Shown here: piece after piece, positions 42,849 to 53,627 of the stretch
Position numbering within the stretch: the stretch's first letter is position 1
How the letters are laid out: the number at the start of each line of letters is the position of its first letter
NCBI GenBank assembly: GCA_963787255.1
Contig: CAWBCJ010000029.1
Coordinates: 736,001-800,000, forward strand
Length of the DNA stretch: 64,000 nt
Source: Methanobacteriota archaeon
Lineage (GTDB): Archaea > Methanobacteriota > Methanobacteria > Methanobacteriales > Methanobacteriaceae
Direction of reading: 5' to 3'
The notes under the pieces: model-generated
Databases searched by the model: none
Told to the model about the DNA's origin: nothing
What the model saw: the letters and a program-made list of their open reading frames with translations, nothing else
Translations under genes and position numbers: made by a program

Positions 42849-43511
42849 ATGGTATCTGCAATTATCACAGCAGCAGGTAAAAATAGAAGGATGAGGGAAG
42901 ATTTTAAAGTCAGAGGCATGGAAATTAGGCATAAACTTCTTCTTGAACTCCACGGAACGCCCTTAATAATCCAAACCATCCAAAACACATTAAAAGCAGG
43001 AATAGACGAATGTATAGTTGTTTTAGGGCACTTTAGTGACGAAATAACAGCAGTAATTGATGAACTTGATGATGAAAGAGTAAGGATAATTATAAATCCT
43101 GAAATCCATGTTGAACTATCTGATTCGCTCTTAAATGGAGTTAAAAAGGTTAAATCTGATTATTGCATTTGTATTGCAGCAGATCAGCCAACAGTAACAA
43201 CTGAAACTTTAAAAAATCTTATTAAAGGAGTATTTGATAGTCCAGAACCTGAAAACACGGTTTCAATCATGGCTCGGGGTAAAACTGGATATTTGGACTC
43301 TGCAGAAGGTCTTGGAATGCCTTTTGCATGTCATTTGGATATTTTAAAGGAATATCTGGTGGGACACAATGATAACTTGAATCCCCTTTTAAGAAAAATG
43401 GTTGCAGACGGTGTTATTCTTTATGGAGTTCCTTCTCGTAGCGATCTGGAGCTTATAAACATTAATAGATACGAGGATTATTTAAAGGTTGTAAAGGAAA
43501 GTAATTTATAG
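42849..43511 (+). CDS. MobA/GlmU-like nucleotidyltransferase
   Basis: IITAAGKNRRM, HKLLL, VVLGH, ADQP, NIN..EDY motifs. Confidence 0.85.
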   Translation: MVSAIITAAGKNRRMREDFKVRGMEIRHKLLLELHGTPLIIQTIQNTLKAGIDECIVVLGHFSDEITAVIDELDDERVRIIINPEIHVELSDSLLNGVKKVKSDYCICIAADQPTVTTETLKNLIKGVFDSPEPENTVSIMARGKTGYLDSAEGLGMPFACHLDILKEYLVGHNDNLNPLLRKMVADGVILYGVPSRSDLELININRYEDYLKVVKESNL

Positions 43512-43663
43512 GCTAAAAATTATTTATTGAAATTTTATTTAGAAATGGTTAAAAGAGTAAGTGTGGAATCTGGCCAGGAAGAATCTATAGATTTAGCAAT
43601 TAGTGGTATTAAAAATAATATTTAATTTTTTAACCAAAAAAAATGAAAAATAAATTTGATTTT

Positions 43664-43894
43664 CTAGAATTTCTTTTTCTCTGTTTCTTCCTCAAGAAGG
43701 TCTAATCGATCTTCGACCTGTTCAACAATTTTCCCTAGTTTTTCCACGAGTTCAAGGGTGTCAAATGCCCAGTTCGCTACTAATTTATTGTCCATCTCTC
43801 CTTTTTCAATGCATCGAGTCATGGTACCTTCCAAACTTTTAGCTTCATCTAAAATTTCAAATAATTTTTTCTGTGCCATAATAATCACTCCCAT
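43664..43894 (-). CDS. Small coiled-coil hypothetical protein
   Basis: About 71-76 aa, heptad-like acidic C-terminus, GGAGTGA RBS before MAQKK. Confidence 0.7.
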   Translation of the reverse strand: MGVIIMAQKKLFEILDEAKSLEGTMTRCIEKGEMDNKLVANWAFDTLELVEKLGKIVEQVEDRLDLLEEETEKKKF

Positions 43895-43921
43895 GGGCTT
43901 TAAATCATTTTAACTTATAAT

Positions 43922-44620
43922 TTATTTCATAGATACAAGTGCAGTAACAACGCACCCTATATTTTCTCCGTTCATCCCTACAATTACTTCATCCTCTTTT
44001 ATTCCAGCAAACTGCCTTGAGCCGCTGCATCCGAGGGTAAAATTTGCAGTGTTGTTGACGAATGGACCAGCTACAGCATCACCACATACGGATTGAATTC
44101 CTGAAAAACTTGCTTCTACTCTACCTCCGCGGGTGTAAACCATTGCCTGAGCAAGCCGCATGGCTTGAGCAGGATTGCTGATAACCACAATGACGTCAGG
44201 GTTGAAATTAACTTTTTCTAAAGGTGCGTAAATTATAGCTTTCATCATAGGGTCTATTTTAGGGATTGATTCCATTGTACGCTTTGCAGAACCGAGACTG
44301 GAGAATCTTCCCAGACTTTGATAAAATTCGCCTGTTTTTATCTTTTCTGGAGCTTCCATTAATCCAATAGCAGCTGCGCCACCTTTACACACCTGTTCTT
44401 CAGCTGTTGCATAGAACATTTCACCTTGAGCTGCTTTTTGAACCATTTCACAGTGCCTTATGTTTTCATCTATTTTTTCTATTCCTTCTGGAATGTCTTC
44501 TTCCCTTAAAATAAATTTTATTGCAACTGGAGATTTTTCTAAGCCTAATCTTTCTTTAAGTTCCCTTGATACCATATCGTATCCTTCTACTTCACAAGTG
44601 CCTTCTGCCATGTTTTTCAC
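43922..44620 (-). CDS. DUF169 family protein
   Basis: L.L.KSPVAIKF, RHCEMV..A, C.GG...IG, QSVCGD, GC.GSR.FA....E. Confidence 0.85.
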   Translation of the reverse strand: MKNMAEGTCEVEGYDMVSRELKERLGLEKSPVAIKFILREEDIPEGIEKIDENIRHCEMVQKAAQGEMFYATAEEQVCKGGAAAIGLMEAPEKIKTGEFYQSLGRFSSLGSAKRTMESIPKIDPMMKAIIYAPLEKVNFNPDVIVVISNPAQAMRLAQAMVYTRGGRVEASFSGIQSVCGDAVAGPFVNNTANFTLGCSGSRQFAGIKEDEVIVGMNGENIGCVVTALVSMK

Positions 44621-44757
44621 CGTTTTTATTATATTTTTTAAAATATTTAATTATATTCGATGAAATTAATTATAAAATAAACTTAACAGAAAACAATTAG
44701 TAAGTTTAAAACAGAAAAAAGAGTTTTTAATAAATAAGAAAAAATAAAATTTAGTTT

Positions 44758-45495
44758 TTAAGTAGATTTAACGCCTTCAACAAGCTCTTCAATCTTGTTT
44801 TTAACATCGCTGCAGTCTTCAACAACTGTACCTGTTACAACAATATCTGCACCAGCTTTTGCAACTCTTGCAGCGGTTTCTCCGTCACGTATTCCACCAC
44901 CAACAACTACAATTATATCTGTCATTTTTTTGACAGCAGCAATCATCGCTTCCGGAACATTTTTATCAGCGCCAGAACCTGCTTCAAGATACAATAATCT
45001 CATTCCAAGGCATTCTGCCGCCATTGCATAGGCAACAGCAATATCTGGTTTGTTTCTGGGAATTAATTTAGCGTCTCCTACCCACCCAACGGTTCCGCCA
45101 GGTTCAACAACAACATAACCCATTGGAAGTATTTCAATTCCCATTTTTTTAATATTGGGGGCACCTAAAGCCTGTACACCTGTTATCCAGTATGGGTTTG
45201 TTGAATTTAAAAGACTCATAAAAAAAATCGCGTCTGCATATTTGCTAACCCCGCTTATATTTCCTGGAAAAAGAATAATTGGATGGTTGATGCTTTCTTG
45301 CAGAGCTTTAGCAGTTGCATCAAGTTCAGTAGATTCGGTAGTTGATCCTCCGAGCATTATGCCGTCTGTTCCCCCCGCTATAGCTTCTTTTGCTATTCTT
45401 ACAGCTTCTTCAGGACTTTGTTCTTCAGGATCTAAAAGAGTTAAATGTATTTTGTGGTCTTTTAATGTATTTTTAATGTAATTTTCAACTTTCAT
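44758..45495 (-). CDS. Geranylgeranylglyceryl phosphate synthase
   Basis: HLTLLDP, IMLGGS, ILFPG, FFMSLLNS, YLEAGSGA, VGGGIR, VTGT. Confidence 0.95.
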   Translation of the reverse strand: MKVENYIKNTLKDHKIHLTLLDPEEQSPEEAVRIAKEAIAGGTDGIMLGGSTTESTELDATAKALQESINHPIILFPGNISGVSKYADAIFFMSLLNSTNPYWITGVQALGAPNIKKMGIEILPMGYVVVEPGGTVGWVGDAKLIPRNKPDIAVAYAMAAECLGMRLLYLEAGSGADKNVPEAMIAAVKKMTDIIVVVGGGIRDGETAARVAKAGADIVVTGTVVEDCSDVKNKIEELVEGVKST

Positions 45496-45551
45496 CTTAC
45501 CACGATCATAAGAAAATAATTAATAATTATTGGAATTGATATTATGAATAT

Positions 45552-45572
45552 AAAATGGAGGATAAACCTCCA
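45552..45572 (-). terminator. Hairpin plus T-run downstream of rpl40e
   Basis: Minus strand TGGAGG-TTTAT-CCTCCA-TTTT. Confidence 0.5.
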
Positions 45573-45593
45573 AATTGAATTTAAGGATTTTAT

Positions 45594-45740
45594 TTATCCT
45601 CTTGGTTCTTTAGCTTTTGGTCTTAGACCCTTGTAACCGCATTTTCTGCATGTTTTTGCAGTTGGGGGGTTTCTTGCGTTACATTTTAAGCATATTTTGA
45701 TATGGAATATTCTATTTTCTGCTTCTTCAAATCTAGCCAT
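45594..45740 (-). CDS. rpl40e: 50S ribosomal protein L40e (48 aa; not in ORF track)
   Basis: [48 protein letters not shown]; AGGAGG RBS. Confidence 0.97.
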   Translation of the reverse strand: MARFEEAENRIFHIKICLKCNARNPPTAKTCRKCGYKGLRPKAKEPRG

Positions 45741-45797
45741 TTATTAGCCTCCTTATGTACTTATTTAACTTAATTTTGTGCAGTTTAGACTATACTA

Positions 45798-46304
45798 TTA
45801 ACTTAGGAATTCATTTTGAATTTTTACAACTTCTAAACTGCTTTCAGCTTTAGAGTATGCTTCTAATAGCTCTTCATTGAGCTTTAGAAAATGAGGGCCC
45901 CATTTGAACTGGGACATAATGTCAATAGCAATATCTTTAAATCCGATTATATAAAAACTTGCTGCAATTGCTTCTGCAGTTGATAGTATGCATGGTTTAC
46001 CATAGTTGGTTGGATTTGCAGCTATAAGGAACGGCAGCGATCTGCTGTTTTTTCCTGTTTTTAGTCTAAAAGGAACTTTTTCTATCTTTTTCCATGAACA
46101 GTCCAGCCCTACAAGTCCTTTTTCCATTATTGTCTTTTTATCTTCAACAGATAAAGATTTCTGAGAATAAGGATCTAGTATAATTGCACTGGTAGGTACC
46201 AGGTTTAATTTTGTCACTACTTTAACTTTTCCTTTTTTATCAAGTTTAACAGTAGTGCATTTTTTACGATCACATTCTTCCGCGTGATATACAATGATTT
46301 TCAT
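45798..46304 (-). CDS. tsr3: 16S rRNA aminocarboxypropyltransferase (DUF367)
   Basis: CDRKKCT, LDCSW, RSLPFLIAANPTNYGKP..LSTAEA, FKWG.HFL.LN. Confidence 0.93.
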   Translation of the reverse strand: MKIIVYHAEECDRKKCTTVKLDKKGKVKVVTKLNLVPTSAIILDPYSQKSLSVEDKKTIMEKGLVGLDCSWKKIEKVPFRLKTGKNSRSLPFLIAANPTNYGKPCILSTAEAIAASFYIIGFKDIAIDIMSQFKWGPHFLKLNEELLEAYSKAESSLEVVKIQNEFLS

Positions 46305-46498
46305 TTCTAAAACACTTTCTAATTAATATTTTTTAATTTTAAAATAGAAAAACAACAATCTCTTTTATATATCTTTATATTTAAAAAGGTTTTCATCAAA
46401 AAATAAAGATAAAATTGAGCTTTTCAGGTCATTATTAATACTAAATTCTTTTAGATGAGTTAAATTGATTTTATTTGCCATTTTTTCTAAAAAATTAG

Positions 46499-48658
46499 CT
46501 AGAAAAAAGATCTTTCATATTCTATTATTTTTGATACTGCTGTCTGGGGGTTTTTTATGTCTTCAAGGTCGTAGTAACGCCCGCCTGATGCTAGAGCAAG
46601 TTCCATATTGGTGTCTCTACCATATTTAAATGATTTTTCGAAATTAACAACTATTGTAGTGATATCATTGTCTTTAAGGTTTTTTGCAGCATTTATAGCG
46701 TCTTTGGTTGGTCCTTCATTCATGCCTACGTTTGGCATTCCATCGGTTAATATTATCATTATTGGAACGTATTCTTTATTTGATTTCTCTTTTTTAAGCA
46801 TTTCAAAACCTTTTTTAATCCCAGAAGCAAGGGGGGTAGTTCCTCCCACTTGTATATTGTCCACATAATCTTTAAATGATATGGCACGTCTGGTTGTTGG
46901 AACTATGACTTCTGCTTCCTGACCTTTAAATCCAATAACACTAATTCTATCGTTATGACGGGCTGTATCATCAATTAATTGATTTAAAATTCCTTTAACT
47001 TTGTTTGCTTTCCGCTGTGAAAACATTGATCCGCTTATGTCCACAACAAGTGCTATAGATGCTCTAGCACCATGTTTTCTGACTTTTTGGCGTAGATCTT
47101 CGTTTTCAACTTTAATACTGCCATTTGATCTAATTGCAGCTGCCCGTAGGGTTGCATCTATGGCTATATCTCGACTACCATCTTTAGGAAACTTACTTTT
47201 TATGTATTTACCTTTTTGAGTCTTTGAATCCACTCTTTTTCCATAAAGGCGATTTTTTTTGGTTCCTTTCATTTTAAGGAGCTTTTTAATATCAATTTCG
47301 TCATTATCAGCATCTACTTGATCATCATCATCTTTACTTTGAAGTTTCATCCCTTTCTTTTCTTCTTCAGAAGGCTCTTCTTCGCCTTGAGGGGCAATAT
47401 TTACGTTTTTATTTTGTTCTTCATCTGGTTCTTGATCTTCTTCAGAATTTTCTTCAGGGGCTAGATCACCATTTTCATCTTCTTCGGGTTGATCTTTTCC
47501 ATTTTCTTGTTCTTCTGCGGAATCATCTTCATTTTCACTATTTTCTTGATCTTCTCCAGAATCTTCGCCAGTTTCACTATTTGAATCTCCACTCTCTCCT
47601 CCGCACTGTGAATCTTCTTCTTCTTCTTCTTCTTCTTCTTCTTCTTTCATTTCAGAAACTGCCTTTTCCAGCATTTCTTTAATTTTATCCTCGCCGTAGG
47701 ATTTAGGGAGCCTTTCTCCAAGAACAAGCATCATAGCTTCTTCTAAATCCTCATAAGTAACTTCAATGTGGTTATTATATGCTGCAATAGTTTTAGCTGT
47801 CTTTAATATAGCAATATCTGCCCTATGACCGTCAACGCCTATACTCACGCAGACATGTGCTATTGCTTTCATCATTTCAGATGACATTTCTATATTTTTT
47901 AGAAGTTTCCTCGCAGTTAAAATGTTTTCAAGAATTTTATGCTGATCATCTTTAAATTTGTTTACAAATTCTTCAGGATTACTTTCAAATTCTTCTCTTC
48001 GTGCCATTATTTCAACACGATCTTTTATATCCATAATGCTGTGTACAATGATATGCAGTCCGATTCTATCGGAAAGCTGTGGCCTAAGCTCGCCTTCTGC
48101 AGGGTTCATAGTTCCAACCAGTATAAATCTGGATGGGTGCGATAAAGAGATTCCTTCTCTTTCTACAATGTTCATTCCGTAAGCAGCAGCGTCTAAAAGT
48201 ACATCTACAAGATTATCGTCCAGAAGATTTATTTCGTCAATGTATAGTATGTTTCTATTGGCTTCAGCAAGAATACCGGGTTCTAAAGCTTTTGTACCTT
48301 CTTTAAGCGCTTTTTCAATATTTATTGATCCAACAACACGGTCTTCAGTTGAACCCAGAGGAAGTTCTACAACTCGCATCTTCTTCTCTTCTATCTTCAT
48401 ATCTTCAGATATGCATGAATCACATAAAGAATTTTCATCAGCAGGATCACAGTTGAATGGGCACCCTTTAACGACTTTTATGGAAGGTAAAAGGTCAGCA
48501 AGAGCTCTAACTGCTGTAGTTTTACCAGTACCTTTATCTCCTTTAATAAGTACCCCACCAATACTTGGATTAATTGCATTTAATATTAAGGCTTTTTTGA
48601 TGTTTCCCTGTCCAACAATTGCTGAAAATGGAAAAATAAGATTTTTCAATGGTTTCAC
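46499..48658 (-). CDS. ChlD/ChlI-type chelatase subunit: AAA+ domain, acidic linker, vWA domain
   Basis: [46 protein letters not shown]; DATLRAAA; MIDAS DISGSM, GGTTPLA, LTDG..N. Confidence 0.92.
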   Translation of the reverse strand: MKPLKNLIFPFSAIVGQGNIKKALILNAINPSIGGVLIKGDKGTGKTTAVRALADLLPSIKVVKGCPFNCDPADENSLCDSCISEDMKIEEKKMRVVELPLGSTEDRVVGSINIEKALKEGTKALEPGILAEANRNILYIDEINLLDDNLVDVLLDAAAYGMNIVEREGISLSHPSRFILVGTMNPAEGELRPQLSDRIGLHIIVHSIMDIKDRVEIMARREEFESNPEEFVNKFKDDQHKILENILTARKLLKNIEMSSEMMKAIAHVCVSIGVDGHRADIAILKTAKTIAAYNNHIEVTYEDLEEAMMLVLGERLPKSYGEDKIKEMLEKAVSEMKEEEEEEEEEEDSQCGGESGDSNSETGEDSGEDQENSENEDDSAEEQENGKDQPEEDENGDLAPEENSEEDQEPDEEQNKNVNIAPQGEEEPSEEEKKGMKLQSKDDDDQVDADNDEIDIKKLLKMKGTKKNRLYGKRVDSKTQKGKYIKSKFPKDGSRDIAIDATLRAAAIRSNGSIKVENEDLRQKVRKHGARASIALVVDISGSMFSQRKANKVKGILNQLIDDTARHNDRISVIGFKGQEAEVIVPTTRRAISFKDYVDNIQVGGTTPLASGIKKGFEMLKKEKSNKEYVPIMIILTDGMPNVGMNEGPTKDAINAAKNLKDNDITTIVVNFEKSFKYGRDTNMELALASGGRYYDLEDIKNPQTAVSKIIEYERSFF
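47615..47644 (-). repeat. Perfect (GAA)10 microsatellite encoding poly-Glu
   Basis: Ten uninterrupted TTC units on the + strand. Confidence 0.9.
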
Positions 48659-48867
48659 CGTTTTAATGCTCTAAAATAATTTCTAAATCTTTAAATTAGA
48701 TAATTTCATTGAATATATATAATGAAATTTCATCCATAAATATATTGTCAATATTATTAGGTAAACCTACAATTGATAATAATTTAGAAATTTTAGAAAA
48801 ATTCAATAAAAATCATCCATAACAAATAATAAATAACACCACTAACATAACGAGGATCGGTGATAAC

Positions 48868-49023
<156 letters not shown>

Positions 49024-49554
49024 ATAATGACCAAATTTTATTTTTAATTGGAAGTTCTGGTGAACTAGGCATCATTAAAGCTGGCGAAAAAAAGCAGATA
49101 TTCATAGGAATGCCGGATAAAGAAGAAATAGTTGTTTTTCTGGAACCTGAAGATTTAATAGTGGTTTCTGCATTCTGTAATGGCGAAAAAGCAGAAAAGG
49201 GAATTAAAAGCTTGCTTTACTTGCTTAGAGAGTTGAATTTTCCAATTACAGTTCTTCCAGAAAATCATCCAACATCATCAAGACTTCCTATGGTGGTTGC
49301 TACGGGAGATCACATCCATTTAAACTGCAATATTGTTCCAGGTACTCACCCTGAACAGGATATATTGTGTGCATGTGAAGATCTCTCAAATACTGAAATA
49401 ACCGCAACAGAAGACGGAATTAACGTTTTAGGCTTCATTCGAAAGTTTAAAATTGAAAACTTTTAAAATAAAGTTAAATAGGATTAATGTCTTTTTAAAT
49501 CAAGTTTATTATTTCGTTAGTTTAATATTAAATAAAGAACTTAAAGGATACTCA

Positions 49555-50262
49555 ATGCCAATTTATGAACTTTATCAAATTTTTGGACAAATAGTCTTTA
49601 TTGCAGGTATTTTAATCTTAGCCCTGCTATCTGTTACCCTTATTCTTGGAAGAATACTTATAAGGCAGGAAAAACTTATTTTTCCTAGATTGCTCCTTTT
49701 TACTATAGACGTATTTTACGGGCTTTTCAAAAAATTCGCCGGTAATGTGGGAGTAGATGAAAAAATAGTGGATCAAATTGGTGTTGAAGTAAGAAATAAG
49801 GTCAATGAAAAGTCATTTAATAAAATTGATGACAAAGATAAAGTTTTAATACTTCCCCACTGCTTGAGAAGTCCCAAATGCGAGGCAAAACTAGATGCCA
49901 CAGGCCTTCATTGTACCGACTGCAACCACTGTGTAATAGGGGTTTTAAAGAATAAAGCAGAAGATAGGGGATATAACGTATTTATTATACCTGGATCAAC
50001 TTTTTTAAAGAAAATAGCCAAGGAAAATAAGTTTAAAGCAGTTTTAGGCGTGGCATGTTACCAGGACCTGAACCTAGCAATGACGAAGCTTTCAAAATTT
50101 CACTGTCAAGGTGTACCTCTTCTAAAGGATGGATGTGTCTGCACAAAGGTTGATACAAGAGCTGTTTTAGATAAGATGGGTATTGAACTCCCTCAAAGTA
50201 CTAAAATTCCTCAAGGCAATGTTTCATGCAATAAAGAACGTCCAACACGTAAACTACTCTAA
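49555..50262 (+). CDS. DUF116 family membrane protein
   Basis: N-terminal TM, LPHCLR...C.A, C..C..C.IG, IPGS.F, GVAC..DL, DGC; start moved to ATG 49555. Confidence 0.88.
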   Translation: MPIYELYQIFGQIVFIAGILILALLSVTLILGRILIRQEKLIFPRLLLFTIDVFYGLFKKFAGNVGVDEKIVDQIGVEVRNKVNEKSFNKIDDKDKVLILPHCLRSPKCEAKLDATGLHCTDCNHCVIGVLKNKAEDRGYNVFIIPGSTFLKKIAKENKFKAVLGVACYQDLNLAMTKLSKFHCQGVPLLKDGCVCTKVDTRAVLDKMGIELPQSTKIPQGNVSCNKERPTRKLL

Positions 50263-50277
50263 TTTTCAATTTTTTAT

Positions 50278-50521
50278 CTAAGGTGCAAAAGTATTCCAAA
50301 ACCCGTGGAATAAAAAGGAACCATATACTTTTTCGGTTTTAAGACGTACAAATCCTACAATTGCCCCTAATACCAATCCAACCATAATTTTTCCTATTAA
50401 AAGAGGTATTAAATCAAATTGTTTCGGATGAATCAAAAAAGTCTAGATATCCAATATGCCAGAACCCAAACATTAATGTAATTGTGATCCACGTAATTAA
50501 TCCTGAATTTTTTTGTTTCAT
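50278..50521 (-). pseudogene. Truncated, frameshifted remnant of a CPBP/Abi (CAAX-like) intramembrane protease
   Basis: Minus strand ...ITLMFGFWHIGYLD, frameshift at the A6 run 50435-40, then FLIHP...GLVLGAIVGFVRLKTEKVYGSFLFHGFWNTFAP*. FxxxH and HxxxN motifs present; N-terminal EExxxR absent. Confidence 0.75.
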
Positions 50522-50838
50522 CGAATTAAAGAATATCATTGAAAATCGAAAATCCATCCATTTATTAGAAAAAGACTAACGTTTTTATCATAAGAAAAAA
50601 CACTTATCAAATTTGTCCATTGCTTGAATAGTTACATTCAACTAAGTGCATGCTTTATTTCCGGATATTTTAATTCTTCTCTTTTCAAACTTGATTTGAT
50701 TCTGTATTGGTTCTTAGAAATGTTTGTCTTATACAGAATTGCATTAACTTTTATAATCATCGACAACTAAATTATATTATAAAAAATTATTAGATCTAAA
50801 TGATCTAAAAAAAGTTTATCGTTAGGAGGAACACTCTT

Positions 50839-51408
50839 ATGAAAAAAGTTGTTATGCTATCTGCAAGTCCAAGACCAAGTGGAAATACTTACCAGGTCCT
50901 TGAAGAATGTGCTAAAGTCATAGAAGATGAAGGTTTAGAAGTTGAAATAATCTCATTTGTAGGAAAAAACATCAGATCATGCATTGCATGCGGAAGATGT
51001 GGGGAATTAAGCGAATGTTCAATGGATGATGGTCTAAATGATATGATATCAAAAATTCGGGAATCAGATGGATTTATAGTAGGTTCACCAGTTTACTTTG
51101 GAACAGCGCGTGGAGATATAATGTCCGCACTGCAAAGAATAGGAATGGTATCTCGAGCATCTGATAATTTCTTATCATGGAAAGTAGGAGGCCCAATAGC
51201 TGTTGCAAGAAGAGGAGGTCACACAGCTACAATACAGGAAATGTTGATGTTCTTCTTTATTAACGATATGATTGTTCCAGGTTCAACTTACTGGAACATG
51301 GTCTTTGGGTATGCCCCTGGACAGGTACAGGACGACGATGAGGGAATGGAAACCATAAGGAAATTTGGATACAACGTGGCTACTTTAATAAAGAAAATCA
51401 GCGATTAA
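50839..51408 (+). CDS. Iron-sulfur flavoprotein (Isf, flavodoxin family)
   Basis: SPR..GNT, CIACGRC.....C, GSPVYFG, VARRGG. Confidence 0.92.
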   Translation: MKKVVMLSASPRPSGNTYQVLEECAKVIEDEGLEVEIISFVGKNIRSCIACGRCGELSECSMDDGLNDMISKIRESDGFIVGSPVYFGTARGDIMSALQRIGMVSRASDNFLSWKVGGPIAVARRGGHTATIQEMLMFFFINDMIVPGSTYWNMVFGYAPGQVQDDDEGMETIRKFGYNVATLIKKISD

Positions 51409-51461
51409 AAATTCCCATTTCCTAGAATTTTTATTTATCTTTTTTAATCGGAAACGATAAA

Positions 51462-52199
51462 ATGACAAGAGAACAGCTTTACAAGAAATTTGCAAGGTAT
51501 TACGATAAAATCTATGAAAAATTAGACCACGAAAAAGAAATTGAATTCATAAAATGGGCCGTAGATACACATAAAAGTAGCCAGGGCGTTGAATTACTTG
51601 ATGTGGCCTGTGGGACAGGAAGACATGCAATTTTGCTTAAAAATGAATTTAAAATTAGCGGCATAGACATTAGCGAAGAAATGTTAAAAATAGCGCGGGA
51701 AAAAGTACCTGATGTCGATTTTATCCATGATGATATGAAAAAGTTGGATTTAGGGCATGAATTCGATGTTGTAATCTGTATGTTCAGTGCAATAAATTAC
51801 AATACTACGCTTGAAGAGTTTAAAGTCACTTTAAGTAACTTTTACAATCATTTAAATGATGGTGGGGTTCTTATTTTTGATCTGGGTCTAAATAAAGAAA
51901 ACTGGATTGAAGGATTGGTAAGTGTTGATACGGTGGTTGATGAGAACCTTAAACTTGCAAGGATCTGCCAGTCGCATTTAGAAAATGGAATATTTAACTC
52001 AAGCTTTGTATTTCTGGTAAAAGAGAATGGACGGCTTGATTTTGACATTGATGAGCATACTTTAGGTGTATTTGGAATGGAAGATGTTGCTAATTTAATG
52101 AAAGAAACTGGTTTTAATGTGTTTATTTATTCTGATTTTAAAGATGAAGAATGGAATATAGGAACAGGGGAAAGACCCGTTTTTGTTGGTGTAAAATAG
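51462..52199 (+). CDS. Class I SAM-dependent methyltransferase
   Basis: FA.YYD.IY, LDVACGTG, GIDIS.EML, DM, L..GG.LIFD. Confidence 0.9.
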   Translation: MTREQLYKKFARYYDKIYEKLDHEKEIEFIKWAVDTHKSSQGVELLDVACGTGRHAILLKNEFKISGIDISEEMLKIAREKVPDVDFIHDDMKKLDLGHEFDVVICMFSAINYNTTLEEFKVTLSNFYNHLNDGGVLIFDLGLNKENWIEGLVSVDTVVDENLKLARICQSHLENGIFNSSFVFLVKENGRLDFDIDEHTLGVFGMEDVANLMKETGFNVFIYSDFKDEEWNIGTGERPVFVGVK

Positions 52200-52243
52200 G
52201 AAAATATTTCAGTAATTTAGAATATATTAAATCTGGTGATTAT

Positions 52244-52567
52244 TTGAAAATAGCTGTAGCAACGTCCAATGGTAGAGATGTTGATCATTTTGGAAAAGCG
52301 CAGGGGTTCATGATTTATGAATTTGATGAAGAAAATATGACTTTTATTGAGAAAAGAGACTCTCCGAAAATTAAAGGAGAAAAACATCAATGGAAAAAAT
52401 CTTTAGATGTTATTGAAGACTGCGAAGTTGTTATTTGTGCCCAAGCAGGACTTAAAGGCAAATTTGGTTTAAAAAATGCCGGAATTAAACTGGTAGAAGA
52501 TGAAGGCACAGTTGAAGATGCTCTTCGAAGGTATGTTAGGCATTATAAGTTCATGAAAAGCTTTTAA
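52244..52567 (+). CDS. NifX/NifB-family (FeMo-cofactor-binding-like) protein
   Basis: KIAVA, HFGKA..F.IYE, DC.VVIC...G, L..AGI; start moved to TTG 52244 after GGTGAT RBS. Confidence 0.85.
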   Translation: MKIAVATSNGRDVDHFGKAQGFMIYEFDEENMTFIEKRDSPKIKGEKHQWKKSLDVIEDCEVVICAQAGLKGKFGLKNAGIKLVEDEGTVEDALRRYVRHYKFMKSF

Positions 52568-53003
52568 TTTAATAAGATTAATATAAATAGTTTTGAAGGA
52601 TTAAACTGGCATTATAATACTTATAAAATAAATAGGAATTAAAGATAAAACTTTCATTTAATTTTTGAAAAATAAAAAGGCAACGTAATTAAAGTATAAA
52701 TAGCAGCGGTAACTAAATATTAAAATATACCTTTGGGCGGATTTTTAAAATTATTAATTTGGATATAAATCAGCATTATGAAACTCTGTTTTAAAGAGAT
52801 TTTATTTTAATGTGATCATTCCATATGTTTATAAACTATAAATGAGATTGTATAATAAGTGATTTTTACTTTAAGCTTATCAATTTTGATAGTTTTAGAA
52901 CTGTAAAAGTTCTTTTTTTATATACTTAACAAAATAAAGGAAAAAATGCTAACTAAGCTTTAAAAAAGCGCATTCGTTAAATAAATTTGTAAAGGTGAAT
53001 AAT

Positions 53004-53591
53004 ATGGCTAAAGCAAGACGTAGAAGAGTAAGAGATACGTGGAAGGAAAAAAAATGGTATACGATTATGACTCCTACAGATTTTGGAGATGCTGAAATAG
53101 GAACCACTCCTGCAAGAGACCCGGATATGCTCTTAAAAAGAAGTGTTGAATCATCAATGAGAGAATTAACAGGTGATTTCTCTAAACAGTACATTAAACT
53201 CTATTTCCAGATAAATAACGTTGCAGGTGATGTGGCAAACACAAAATTCATGGGACATCACGTTACAACAGATTATGTTAGGAGTATGATCAGAAGAGGG
53301 ACAAGTAGGGTAGATTCAATTTCTGACGTAACTACAAAGGAAGGTTACAAGGTCAACGTTCATATAATTGCCATTACAGTTAAAAGGGCAAAATCTTCCC
53401 AGCAAAAATACATCAGAGAAACAATGGGCAGGCTTATCCAGGAATTAGCCGATGGAAAGACTTTCCAGGAACTTGTTGAAGGTGTAGTGGGTGGAAAAAT
53501 GGCTTCCACCATATATCACGAAACAAAAAAGATATACCCATTAAAAAGAGTAGAAATAATTAAAACTCAGGTAATCGAAGAACCTAAATAA
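53004..53591 (+). CDS. rps3ae: 30S ribosomal protein S3Ae
   Basis: RDTWKEK.WY....P, ELTGD, DYVRSMIRR..SRVD, KKIYPL.RVEI.K. Confidence 0.97.
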   Translation: MAKARRRRVRDTWKEKKWYTIMTPTDFGDAEIGTTPARDPDMLLKRSVESSMRELTGDFSKQYIKLYFQINNVAGDVANTKFMGHHVTTDYVRSMIRRGTSRVDSISDVTTKEGYKVNVHIIAITVKRAKSSQQKYIRETMGRLIQELADGKTFQELVEGVVGGKMASTIYHETKKIYPLKRVEIIKTQVIEEPK

Positions 53592-53627
53592 TTCGATTAC
53601 TTTAAAAAATTCATGATTGGGAGATAA

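Noticed and set aside
52244-52567. NifX-like gene as evidence of nitrogen fixation
   Set aside because: No nifHDK or nifEN in the window; stand-alone NifX-family proteins are common in methanogens.
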